Origin: an uncultured Barnesiella sp.
GTDB taxonomy: Bacteria > Bacteroidota > Bacteroidia > Bacteroidales > Muribaculaceae
Direction: 5' to 3'
Assembly (NCBI GenBank): GCA_964569915.1
Contig: CAZMUX010000002.1
Coordinates: forward strand, 71,695-135,694
Length of the DNA stretch: 64,000 nt
In this document: positions 40,646 to 50,129 of the stretch, one piece after another
Numbering within the stretch: the stretch's first letter is position 1
Layout: every line of letters begins with the position of its first letter
Program-made: the position numbers and the translations under genes
The notes under the pieces: model-generated
The model's input: only the letters and a program-made list of their open reading frames with translations
Told to the model about the DNA's origin: nothing
Database searches by the model: none

Positions 40646-43024
40646 ATGAAACCAATCAAATTCAGTCTGTTTGGTGTGTTGTCAGTAGTCGGTATGACAG
40701 CCTTAGCCCAGACAAACAGTATTTCCACCACTACGCCGCTCGGCAGCGATGTGACCGTTACGGCCATCACCGATAACATCCTGAGAGTAACCAACATTCC
40801 GACAGGCAGCACTGTGCCCGAATCACGCACCACCGTAAGCGGTCTTAAGCCGCAGGGCGAAGTACACACGAGCGAAGTCGGCGGAGGCAAGATGCTCAGC
40901 ACCGCCACCGGACTCCGTGCCATGCTACACGACCAGACCGGAGCCGTAGCCATTTACGGTGGCAACGGCCGTTCGGTCAGCGACCGCGGCTTCCGCTACC
41001 TGAGCAAAGACGGCTTCTTCGCACTGTCGCTCACGACTTCCGGCAACGAATCGTTTTACGGCGCCGGCGAACGCGGCCATGCCATAAATCTCACAGGCGA
41101 CACCCTGGTGATGTACAACAAAGCCTCCTACGGCTACGACAAGCAGGATTCGCGCTCCAACCGCCTGAACATCACGATGCCTTTGGTGATATCCTCCAAA
41201 GGCTATGCCCTGCTTTTCGACGACTATGCCGCCGCCGAGCTCATACTGAACAATCCGCTGGAATACGTCACCGAATCTGATGACCCCATCACCTATTACT
41301 ACATCAACGGAACAGGCTCCATAGAGTCGACCGTCCGCGAACTGTCAGTGCTCACCGGACGCCAGCCCATAGCGCCTTTCTGGGCATTAGGCTACATCAC
41401 ATCGCGTTACGGCTACCGCACTCAGCAGCAGGCAGTCAACGCCGTCGATTCGCTGAAGACAGCCGGCTATCCGCTTGACGGCATCGTGCTTGACCATTTC
41501 TGGTTCGGCGAAGGAGAGGATATGGGCGTACTCGACTGGGATACCGAAGCTTTCCCCGACCCCGACAAAATGCTCTCCGACTTCAAAGACCGCGACATCA
41601 ACACCATAATAATTACCGAACCTTTCGTGCTCAAGAACCGTAAAGGGAAAAACAACTATGAATATCTTGACGAACACCGCATGATGGCCCGCGACAGCGC
41701 CGGCAACACCGGCGGCGTAAGCATCTGGGTCGGCGATGGCGGCCTGATTGATGTAACGAATCCGGAAACTCGCCAATGGTACAAGAACATCTATCGCAAA
41801 AACACCGAGCGCGGAGTCACCGGATGGTGGGGCGACCTCGGCGAGCCCGAAATGCATCCCGATTCACTCGTGCACTACAACGGCAAAACCGCACGCCAAT
41901 ATCACAACCTTTACGGCAACGACTGGGCCTCAATCGTTTCAGAACTTTTTGAAGAAGATTACCCCGACACACGCCTTTTCTCGCTGATGCGAAGCGGCAC
42001 CGTCGGACTCCAGCGTTACAGCATCTTCCCGTGGTCGGGCGACATTGCACGCTCGTGGGGAGGTCTTCAGGCACAGGTGCCCGTCATGATAGGCTCCGGC
42101 CTGAGCGGTCTGGGATATATGAGCCATGATGTTGGCGGATTCGCCACATCGCCCGAGGTACCCATCAATCCCGAACTTTACATCCGCTGGCTTCAGGTAG
42201 GCCTCTTCACCCCCACACTGCGTACCCACTCCACAATGTACTCCGAGCCCTACTACTACACGGAGAATCAGGACATAATTCTTCCGCTCATAAAGGAGCG
42301 CTACGCATGGCTCCCCTACAACTACACCCTTGCCTACGAAAACGCCTCTGAAGGTTTGCCGCTCGTGCGCCCGCTCAACTTCTACGACACTCAGTCAGCG
42401 ACCTACGACGACATAGAGGACGAATACCTCTGGGGACGCGACATTCTGGTGGCTCCGGTGATGAATGAAGGGCAGACCTTACGCCGGGTCGTGTTCCCCA
42501 CAGGCACATGGCTCGACCTGCGCAACACCCGCAAAATCTACAACGGCGGCGACACGATTCAATATGCCGCGCCCCTATCGGTTATTCCTCTGTTCGTGCG
42601 TGCCGGCTCGTTCATACCCCGCGCTGACTACAAAATGGAAAACACCACCGACTATCGCACCGACACCTATACCGTTGACTACTACCCCGCCAACGGTAAA
42701 TCTGACGGACTCATCTACGAGGATAACATGAAATCGCCCGACGTACTTTCCACCGGAAGCTACAGCCTGATTCATTTCAACGGCGATGCCGGCACCAACC
42801 GCACCAGCATAGACATCAGCGCCGAGCAGGGTTCTGACAGCTTTCAAGCGGCCAACCCGACGAAAACCATAATTCTCCGCATACACAACATCACAACGAA
42901 GCCTAAAGGCCTGAAGGTGGACGGCCGCAAACATTCCTGCACCTACAATCGCGAAACCGGCGTTGTCACCATAACGCTTACATGGAACACGGCCTCACCC
43001 GTTTCCATCGTCCTTACACGATAA
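40646..43024 (+). CDS. GH31 alpha-glucosidase, secreted/periplasmic
   Basis: Signal peptide MKPIKF..ALA; WWGDLGEPE nucleophile motif, WSGD acid/base, HDVGGF, ELYIRW. Confidence 0.92.
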   Translation: MKPIKFSLFGVLSVVGMTALAQTNSISTTTPLGSDVTVTAITDNILRVTNIPTGSTVPESRTTVSGLKPQGEVHTSEVGGGKMLSTATGLRAMLHDQTGAVAIYGGNGRSVSDRGFRYLSKDGFFALSLTTSGNESFYGAGERGHAINLTGDTLVMYNKASYGYDKQDSRSNRLNITMPLVISSKGYALLFDDYAAAELILNNPLEYVTESDDPITYYYINGTGSIESTVRELSVLTGRQPIAPFWALGYITSRYGYRTQQQAVNAVDSLKTAGYPLDGIVLDHFWFGEGEDMGVLDWDTEAFPDPDKMLSDFKDRDINTIIITEPFVLKNRKGKNNYEYLDEHRMMARDSAGNTGGVSIWVGDGGLIDVTNPETRQWYKNIYRKNTERGVTGWWGDLGEPEMHPDSLVHYNGKTARQYHNLYGNDWASIVSELFEEDYPDTRLFSLMRSGTVGLQRYSIFPWSGDIARSWGGLQAQVPVMIGSGLSGLGYMSHDVGGFATSPEVPINPELYIRWLQVGLFTPTLRTHSTMYSEPYYYTENQDIILPLIKERYAWLPYNYTLAYENASEGLPLVRPLNFYDTQSATYDDIEDEYLWGRDILVAPVMNEGQTLRRVVFPTGTWLDLRNTRKIYNGGDTIQYAAPLSVIPLFVRAGSFIPRADYKMENTTDYRTDTYTVDYYPANGKSDGLIYEDNMKSPDVLSTGSYSLIHFNGDAGTNRTSIDISAEQGSDSFQAANPTKTIILRIHNITTKPKGLKVDGRKHSCTYNRETGVVTITLTWNTASPVSIVLTR

Positions 43025-43043
43025 TTTCAAAATCAAATAATAC

Positions 43044-43088
43044 TGACGCCTCGGAATTCTGTCATCGGAATCCGAGGTGTCATTTTTT
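43044..43088 (+). terminator. Intrinsic terminator
   Basis: TGACGCCTCGGA...TCCGAGGTGTCA-TTTTTT. Confidence 0.8.
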
Positions 43089-43349
43089 CACGAAAAAGGC
43101 CCGACAGCCGTACAATTTCCAACAAATCAACAGCAAAACCAAACACATTCCGGAATAGACAGATTGTAGACAGCATTTATTGATGTAAAAAATTTTTATA
43201 TTTATAAAAAAACCTTAAATTTGCGATGCAACCTCAAAATTGGAGTCGCCGGAGGGCGATTACCACAAGCCGAAAAACCTAAAGCCTTATCTCGGAACAT
43301 TTCCATCTTATTATACTTATAATTTTATTATTTACCTTATTTAATAACA

Positions 43350-44969
43350 ATGAAAAGAATCTTTATTTGTTTGCTGGCGTTAACAGCTGCATTGTCGTCG
43401 AAAGCCAACGGCAGTTCGGCCACGATAACGTCGATTCCTTCGCCTGCCGTGACGACCAAAGCGTTGGAAGTCACAATTCAGACAGATAATTTCGGCTCCA
43501 CGGTGTACTGCTACACTTGGTGTAAAGAAATTAACGGCAGAGAGAAAACACCTTCGTGGGAATGGGCATCCGTCCACACCGACAAATTCAAAATGTCGGG
43601 AAGCAACGGCACCTACACCTTTAAAATCAGTGACATCAAGGAGTTTTACGGATTGAGCGACTCCGAGCTTTCCGGCCTCACGAAATTAGGCTTCATCGCC
43701 AAAACTTCCGACGGCAAGCAGACAGACGACCTCATAATTGACGTGGTTCAGGGTCGCGTAAACGCCTATTCCGGCGGCGAGGGCACAGAAGCCAGTCCCT
43801 TCATTCTCAAGACATCGGCCGACCTTGCCGCGCTTTCAACCACACCCATAGACTGGGCCTCCGACGTTTATCTGCGTCTTGAAGCCGACATTGATGCCAC
43901 CGCTTTGACCAACTCCATCGGCTCTAAATCGTCGCCTTTCAAAGGCACATTTGACGGAGCAAGCCACTCCATCATGAATCTGCGCCTCACTAACTCCGGC
44001 ATCGGTGAGTCAATAGGCCTCTTCGGAGCGCTTGACGGAGCAAAAGTCAGCGATCTCGGTGTAATCGGCGCAAACGTATCCGGCCAGACCTACGTTGGCA
44101 TCCTTGCCGGATATGCGGTAAACAGCGTCATCAGCCGCTGCTTCACATCAGGAACCGTTGAAGGCGCGTCAATATGCGTCGGCGGCCTGGTGGGAGAAAA
44201 TGCCGGAACAATCACCGACTGCTACTCGTCGGCCACCGTAAGCAACGATGATGACTATGCCACCGGAGGCCTTGTAGGCAAAAACACAGGCAACATCACA
44301 AACACCTATGCATCGGGCGAAGTCTCCGGCAAGGACTATGTAGGTGGCGTCATCGGCGCCAACTACGGCACCGTGAAAGCATCGTTAGCTCTGAACGGAC
44401 GCATCACTTCGCACAACGATTTCGCAGCCCGCTTCGGAGGCAACAACAACTCTCAGAACATAACCTACAGCAACTACAGCTGGTCGCAAATACCCGTAGG
44501 CCACACCACATGGACCGCTCACGGCGACCACGCCATGCAGCGCACAGCCGCAGAACTGGCCAACTACACAACTTTCCAACAGCTTTCAGGCTGGGACTTC
44601 ATCAGTGTTTGGGAATGGCGCAATGAAAATGGAAAGGAATACCCCGCTCTCCGCAATCTTGACAACCAAACAACGCCTCTGTCTGAATCGTTCTACGATG
44701 CCATAGCCGGCATAGACGACATCAACACCGACGACGTCTATCTGACTGTCGGTCCCAATCCTACAATCGGCATTCTGTATATCAATTCATCGGAAGCCCT
44801 GACAGACTGCAGGCTTTTCAACTTGAGCGGCTCGCTCGCAGCCTATGCAGACGCAGCCATGCAGCAGTCGGCCGAACTTGACTTAAGCCCGCTCTCTCCG
44901 GGTATGTATATTCTCCGCGTAACCACAGCTACCGGAGCAGTTTCAGTTCACAAAGTCATCAAGGAATAA
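43350..44969 (+). CDS. T9SS-secreted non-catalytic protein: N-terminal CBM98-like domain, GLUG repeats, T9SS C-terminal sorting domain
   Basis: SPI signal; YSGGEGTEASPFIL, repeated VGGLVGEN/TGGLVGKN; C-terminus GPNPT...FNLSG...LSPGMYILRV...KVIKE; promoter element TAAATTTG at 43216. Confidence 0.8.
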   Translation: MKRIFICLLALTAALSSKANGSSATITSIPSPAVTTKALEVTIQTDNFGSTVYCYTWCKEINGREKTPSWEWASVHTDKFKMSGSNGTYTFKISDIKEFYGLSDSELSGLTKLGFIAKTSDGKQTDDLIIDVVQGRVNAYSGGEGTEASPFILKTSADLAALSTTPIDWASDVYLRLEADIDATALTNSIGSKSSPFKGTFDGASHSIMNLRLTNSGIGESIGLFGALDGAKVSDLGVIGANVSGQTYVGILAGYAVNSVISRCFTSGTVEGASICVGGLVGENAGTITDCYSSATVSNDDDYATGGLVGKNTGNITNTYASGEVSGKDYVGGVIGANYGTVKASLALNGRITSHNDFAARFGGNNNSQNITYSNYSWSQIPVGHTTWTAHGDHAMQRTAAELANYTTFQQLSGWDFISVWEWRNENGKEYPALRNLDNQTTPLSESFYDAIAGIDDINTDDVYLTVGPNPTIGILYINSSEALTDCRLFNLSGSLAAYADAAMQQSAELDLSPLSPGMYILRVTTATGAVSVHKVIKE

Positions 44970-44987
44970 TCCTTAAATGTTAAAACA

Positions 44988-47687
44988 ATGAAAAAGACAA
45001 GCTACATATTACGCAGCCTCAGGGCTTTGTGTGCCGCAACAGTCATCGGCGTTTCCGGACTGGCGTTCAGCGCCTCAGCCGTCGGCGACGCGACACTCAA
45101 CCGCCTTGAAATAAAGGTAGACGGGGAAAACATCCTCACCGATTTCAACAAGGCCACAACCAACTACGAAGTGACGCTTGATGAAGACGCCGCTTCCATC
45201 GCCACATTCTCGGCAGCCCCGACATCGGCTGACGCCATCGTCGACATAACCGTCAACGGCGTCACCTACACCAATCACTCGCTCGGCAGACTCATAGGCG
45301 GTGAAAACACCATAGTCTACACCGTCAAGAGCGGCACCGACACTCGCACATACACCATAACGGTGACCACTCCGGAAGTCATCCGCCGGGAATACTTCAC
45401 ATGGAAAAACGCCAACATCTACTTCGTCTTGACCGACCGCTTCTATAACGGTGACACATCAAACGATGAGAGCTATCACCGCCACAAGACTGCAGGCGGC
45501 TCCAACGTGGCCACATTTCACGGCGGCGACATCAAAGGCCTCACCGAGAAGCTCGACTATCTCAACGACCTCGGTGTGAATGCTATATGGATTACCGCCC
45601 CCTACGAGCAGATGCACGGCTGGACCGGAGGCAAGAACGACGCCTTCCCACACTACGCATTCCACGGATACTACACCCTCGACTGGACCTTCATGGACCG
45701 CAATATGGGCACACTCGACGATATGCGCAACTTCGTCACCGAAGCCCACCGTCGCGGCATACGCGTGGTGATGGACATCGTACTCAACCACACCGGCTAC
45801 GCCACACTCGACGACTGCGTTGACTACGACTTCGGCAACTTCAACGGCACTCCAACAGCCGGATGGGTTCCCTCCGGAGGCTCATTCACAATGTGGAGCG
45901 GCAGCGGAGTGACATTCAACGCCGACTCACAGGGCAACTGGGGCAACTGGTGGGGTCCGTGGGTACGCGCTTTCGGCGACCGCAACTGGGCATCATCCGC
46001 AGGCTTCGTAGTGTCCGGCGGTGATGACAAGACCATGTCAATCGCCGGACTCCCCGATGTTGTCACCGAACGCACCTCATCTGTAAGTATCCCTGCATTT
46101 CTTGCGACCAAATGGTCAAGAGAAAAAGGGGGAGATTACGACAACTACCGACTCCCCAACATCGACTCCTGGCGAGTAAGCGACAAAGGCGCACCCGCCG
46201 ACTACATAATTCACTGGCTCGCCGCATGGGTTGAAGAATTCGGCATTGACGGCTTCCGCTGCGACACCGCCAAACACGTTGAGCTGAACCGCTGGAAACA
46301 GCTCAAGGATGCCTGCAAAGCAGCTCTCGCAGCATGGCGTTCAAGCTCACGTGCCGACCAATATGCCAAGGACTGGACCGATGACTTCTGGATGACAGGC
46401 GAAGCCTGGGGCTGGGATCACGGCGACACCGGCTACTTCACTCAGGGAGGCTACGACTCCATGATTAACTTCGCCTTCAACGGCTCCGAGGGCGGCACAG
46501 GACGCACTCCAACCGTCAGCGACTGGAGCTACTATGCCAACTTCTGCAACGGCTCAAACGGCCGGCAGGTGCTCAACTACGTATCAAGCCATGACACCGG
46601 TCTTCACCGTCCCGGCGACCAGAAGAAAGTCGGCACGATGCTGCTGCTCTGCCCCGGCGGTTCCCAAATATACTACGGCGACGAGACTGCTCGCCCGACC
46701 GTCGACGGCAAAGGCGACTCCGGTATGTCCACACGCGGCGACTTCAACTGGAACGCCGTGGACAACGATGTCAACATACACTGGCAGAAAGTAGGTCAAT
46801 TCCGCCGCCGCAATCCCGCTGTCGGCGCCGGCACACAGACCGAATCAGACGGTGCTTATCTGCGCAAATTCTCTGAAAACGGCTTCACCAACGCTGTAGT
46901 CATTAAGCTCGACACTCAGGCCGGACAGTCATACACCATCAATGTCAGCTCTCTCTGGGCCGACGGACAACGCGTGATGGACGGCTACAACACCGCGAAT
47001 TCCGCAGTCGTTTCCGGCGGCAAAGTCACAATGACCGCCTCCGGCCCCGTTCTCCTCATTGAAGAATACGGAACGCTCAGCGACACACCTGTTCCTCCCG
47101 TACCGCCCACACCACAAAAGCCCGTCGTTACGGCTTCTCCCAACGAGGGGAACTTCTCGGAATCAGTAACCGTCGCTCTCAGCGTCAACCCGGCAGGAGT
47201 GCCCATCCACTACTCCACATCAGGCACTGCAACCGCATCGTCGCCCGTCTACAGCTCACCGCTGACTTTCACCTCAACCACCACCCTTTCGACTTACGTT
47301 GAAAACACAGCAGGCAGCAACACCCAAAACTTCACCTACACCAAGTCGGATGTCCCGGTTGCAGAAAATTATGTAATGCTCAAAAACACCTCGAACTGGT
47401 CGACTCCCACTGTCTGGGCATGGAATGACTCCGAGAACTGCACCAACGCAGGCAAAGGCAACTGGCCCGGCGACAAGATGACCCGCGAAGGCGACTACTG
47501 GAAATGGGAAGTTCCGCAGGGCAAATCGATGCCTACGCAGATTATCTTCTCCAACAACGGCAGCAATCAGACAAGCGACCTTATCTATGTAAACCGTCAG
47601 ACCTACGATTGCAACGGCAACAAAGTGGAGGATTCGAGCCCGAAGGGATCCTCAAACACCGTTTCGCCCGCACATCAGGCAAAGTGA
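44988..47687 (+). CDS. Secreted multidomain GH13 alpha-amylase (MalS-like): cadherin-like domain, catalytic domain, Pro linker, Fn3-like domain, CBM26-like module
   Basis: FTWKNANIYFVLTDRFYNGD, catalytic triad DGFRCDTAKH / GEAW / SSHDT; VWAWN..WPG..M..IIFSNNG..QTSDL starch-binding module. Confidence 0.9.
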   Translation: MKKTSYILRSLRALCAATVIGVSGLAFSASAVGDATLNRLEIKVDGENILTDFNKATTNYEVTLDEDAASIATFSAAPTSADAIVDITVNGVTYTNHSLGRLIGGENTIVYTVKSGTDTRTYTITVTTPEVIRREYFTWKNANIYFVLTDRFYNGDTSNDESYHRHKTAGGSNVATFHGGDIKGLTEKLDYLNDLGVNAIWITAPYEQMHGWTGGKNDAFPHYAFHGYYTLDWTFMDRNMGTLDDMRNFVTEAHRRGIRVVMDIVLNHTGYATLDDCVDYDFGNFNGTPTAGWVPSGGSFTMWSGSGVTFNADSQGNWGNWWGPWVRAFGDRNWASSAGFVVSGGDDKTMSIAGLPDVVTERTSSVSIPAFLATKWSREKGGDYDNYRLPNIDSWRVSDKGAPADYIIHWLAAWVEEFGIDGFRCDTAKHVELNRWKQLKDACKAALAAWRSSSRADQYAKDWTDDFWMTGEAWGWDHGDTGYFTQGGYDSMINFAFNGSEGGTGRTPTVSDWSYYANFCNGSNGRQVLNYVSSHDTGLHRPGDQKKVGTMLLLCPGGSQIYYGDETARPTVDGKGDSGMSTRGDFNWNAVDNDVNIHWQKVGQFRRRNPAVGAGTQTESDGAYLRKFSENGFTNAVVIKLDTQAGQSYTINVSSLWADGQRVMDGYNTANSAVVSGGKVTMTASGPVLLIEEYGTLSDTPVPPVPPTPQKPVVTASPNEGNFSESVTVALSVNPAGVPIHYSTSGTATASSPVYSSPLTFTSTTTLSTYVENTAGSNTQNFTYTKSDVPVAENYVMLKNTSNWSTPTVWAWNDSENCTNAGKGNWPGDKMTREGDYWKWEVPQGKSMPTQIIFSNNGSNQTSDLIYVNRQTYDCNGNKVEDSSPKGSSNTVSPAHQAK

Positions 47688-47797
47688 AAGGCTCAACAAC
47701 AACGAACAGCGCGTTCACCACTATGTGACCAAGGATTTCAAGGCCAGCGGCGAGAATTCCACACCGTGGCGTAACTCTGTCAGCGTAAAGGCATGAA
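47629..47797 (+). pseudogene. Coding-like frameshifted relic overlapping and following the amylase end
   Basis: Out-of-frame stretches GFEPEGILKHRFARTSGKVKG and LNNNEQRVHHYVTKDFKASGENSTPWRNSVSVKA* show the C-ending codon bias of real genes. Confidence 0.35.
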
Positions 47798-47860
47798 TTC
47801 CGACTTTCACAAAGCTAAACTTAAACCCCATTCCGTAAAAACGGAGTAGCATAAACAGAC

Positions 47861-47899
47861 AGCACCCCGGAAGTTCAGACTTCCGGGGTGCTATTTTTT
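47861..47899. terminator. Intrinsic terminator between convergent units
   Basis: AGCACCCCGGAAGT-TCAG-ACTTCCGGGGTGCT-ATTTTTT. Confidence 0.85.
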
Positions 47900-47929
47900 G
47901 GAGTCAATTAGATAAAATGATTCCGCCGT

Positions 47930-48148
47930 TTACTTCTCAAGGTCGGCGAGTATGGCACGCAACTCCTCGTCGGTTGCAACGAGTCGCGAACGGCACTCCT
48001 TAATCAGTTCGGTAGCGCGGCGTGTCATGGCGCTCAGGCGGTCAATGTCGCAGTCGTCGCTCTGCATGGCGCGCATAATCTGGTCCAGCTGCTGCATCGC
48101 CTCCTTGTAGGACATTTCCTTTACTGGTTTCAGTTCCATATATTTCAT
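47930..48148 (-). CDS. xseB: Exodeoxyribonuclease VII small subunit
   Basis: SYKEAMQQLDQI...DIDRL...LIKECRSRL; follows xseA. Confidence 0.9.
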   Translation of the reverse strand: MKYMELKPVKEMSYKEAMQQLDQIMRAMQSDDCDIDRLSAMTRRATELIKECRSRLVATDEELRAILADLEK

Positions 48149-49467
48149 TGATTTTTTGTTACCCGTGATATTATTCGGCTGTCAAACATGACGGTTGTTA
48201 TTTCAGCTCCTTCCGGAGCCTGCGAAGCCGATGTCAAGACTTTTCCATCCAGACAGGTCATGGAGTAGCCTCGCCGGAGAACCGCCATTGGAGAAAGCGC
48301 CCTGACGAGCGACTCCTGAGCGTCGAGGCGCTGCGTCTGTCGGCGCAGTGCCGCCTCGGTGACTGTCGGCAACGATTCCTGAGCCATCCGAAGCCGCTCA
48401 AGCTGCGGCGACAAGCGTCGTGACGCTATTTCGCGCAGCGACACCGCCGACCGTTGCAAAAAGGCGTCCTGTCTGCCCAGCACATTTGCCGATGCAACAG
48501 GCAAAAGGCCTTCGTAATAGCTCAACTGCTCCCGGGAAGACGAAATGACGTCGGAGACCACGCGAAGTATTGAGGTTGCATATTGCTGCAGAAGCGTCAG
48601 CTGCCGCTCACCAAGGTCAATGAGCCATTCGGCGGCAGCCGTAGGGGTCTTGACACGCATTTTCGCAACCCAGTCGAGCACTGTGACGTCACGTTCGTGT
48701 CCTATGCCGATGATGACGGGGAGCGGAAACTGTGCCACAGACGAGGCCAGCTCATAATCTTCAAAAGCCTGGAGGTCTGATGTGGCTCCGCCGCCTCTGA
48801 TAATCACCACACAGTCCCAGCTGTCGCTTTCCGCGGCGATGTCTTCAAGTGCCGAGATTATTGACTGAGGGGCTTTTTCGCCCTGCATGATGGCAGGGAA
48901 TAGCTTCACCCGGAAACGCAGTCGAGCCACGTTATTGAGGAGCTGATGGCGAAAATCGCCAAAACCTGCTGCCGTTGGAGCTGAGACAATGGCTATGCGC
49001 CAAACGCGGTCTGGCCACTGAAGCGAGCGGTTCATCTCTATGACGCCCTCCTTGGTCAGCCGTGCTATTATCTCTTTGCGGCGGCGTAGAAGGTCGCCCA
49101 TAGTGAAATCAGGATTGACGTCACTCACCACGAGCGACAGGCCGTAGAGCGGATGCATTGAGGCCGACACGCGTAGCATTACCTTCAGCCCCGTCGCGAA
49201 CCGCTGGCCTGTGGCCGCAAAAAACTCGGCATCGATGCGTCGGTAGTTTCCGGCCCATATTACGCCCCTCGCCTTCGCTATCTGAAGCCCGCGGTCATCT
49301 TTCTCCAGAAGTTCCATATAGCAATGGCCTCCACGCACCGACACATCGCTCAGTTCGGCCACAATCCAGACATTCTGGGTGGCCGGAACGGTCATCAGGC
49401 GCGCAATGGTGTGGTTGAGAGCTGAAAGTGAAATCGGCTCAATCAGCTGAGCATCGCCGTCCATCAT
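48145..49467 (-). CDS. xseA: Exodeoxyribonuclease VII large subunit
   Basis: GHCYMEL, IIRGGG, GIGHERD, KTPTAAA, LRRGYS. Confidence 0.94.
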   Translation of the reverse strand: MMDGDAQLIEPISLSALNHTIARLMTVPATQNVWIVAELSDVSVRGGHCYMELLEKDDRGLQIAKARGVIWAGNYRRIDAEFFAATGQRFATGLKVMLRVSASMHPLYGLSLVVSDVNPDFTMGDLLRRRKEIIARLTKEGVIEMNRSLQWPDRVWRIAIVSAPTAAGFGDFRHQLLNNVARLRFRVKLFPAIMQGEKAPQSIISALEDIAAESDSWDCVVIIRGGGATSDLQAFEDYELASSVAQFPLPVIIGIGHERDVTVLDWVAKMRVKTPTAAAEWLIDLGERQLTLLQQYATSILRVVSDVISSSREQLSYYEGLLPVASANVLGRQDAFLQRSAVSLREIASRRLSPQLERLRMAQESLPTVTEAALRRQTQRLDAQESLVRALSPMAVLRRGYSMTCLDGKVLTSASQAPEGAEITTVMFDSRIISRVTKNQ

Positions 49468-50102
49468 TTGACGAATTTGAATTTTTTACCGCTCCAATGC
49501 AGGGTCAACTGCGGCTTCAGAAATTTTTCTATCACTTTCACTGATTCCTCAGGAAGATAATCGCTGAAGCTGCCCGTAAGTACCAAATTGCCGGTAGCGG
49601 CATCATAATCGGCCTTATACATTATAAAGCCTATGTTGTTTTCTAGGTCAAGCTGCTCGTCGGCCGACAGACGTCGCGCCGTCCAGTCGCTCAGACATAG
49701 GTGCGGCAAAAACTTGTCTAAAGACAGAGGCTGCGAATCTGTATTATAGAATTCTATGGCCGAATCCACAGCAGGCAGACTGAGGTCGGTAATCTGCATC
49801 ACAATAGAATCCTTTCCCGACTTCAGCATATAAAGGCTGACGGTCGTTCCTGCGCCCATGTCTATGCACAGCGAGTTGTCGTCAGCCGAAGTGATGACAC
49901 AGGCTTCGCCTAACGCCGACGTGACCGGAGTGGCGAGACCGTTGTCAAAATAATCGAGCATATCGAGGCGTTCGTTGCGGTCAAGCGGTTCAAGCGTAGG
50001 GGTGGCAAACTCGGTAAACACTTCACGTATGCCCCCACGTACGTCCAAAGCGAATGGCAGCGACATCAGCAACAATGTCAATATGAAATGTATTCGTTTC
50101 AT
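49464..50102 (-). CDS. DUF3256-like exported protein
   Basis: Signal peptide; LDRNERLDMLDY, VDSAIEFYN, C-terminal W.GKKF. Confidence 0.65.
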   Translation of the reverse strand: MKRIHFILTLLLMSLPFALDVRGGIREVFTEFATPTLEPLDRNERLDMLDYFDNGLATPVTSALGEACVITSADDNSLCIDMGAGTTVSLYMLKSGKDSIVMQITDLSLPAVDSAIEFYNTDSQPLSLDKFLPHLCLSDWTARRLSADEQLDLENNIGFIMYKADYDAATGNLVLTGSFSDYLPEESVKVIEKFLKPQLTLHWSGKKFKFVK

Positions 50103-50129
50103 AAGGGCGGAACAGGAATTTTTTCAAAA

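Noticed and set aside
43226-43282. 18-codon uORF (MQPQNWSRRRAITTSRKT) in the leader of the T9SS gene
   Set aside because: No attenuator structure or informative codon content; could arise by chance
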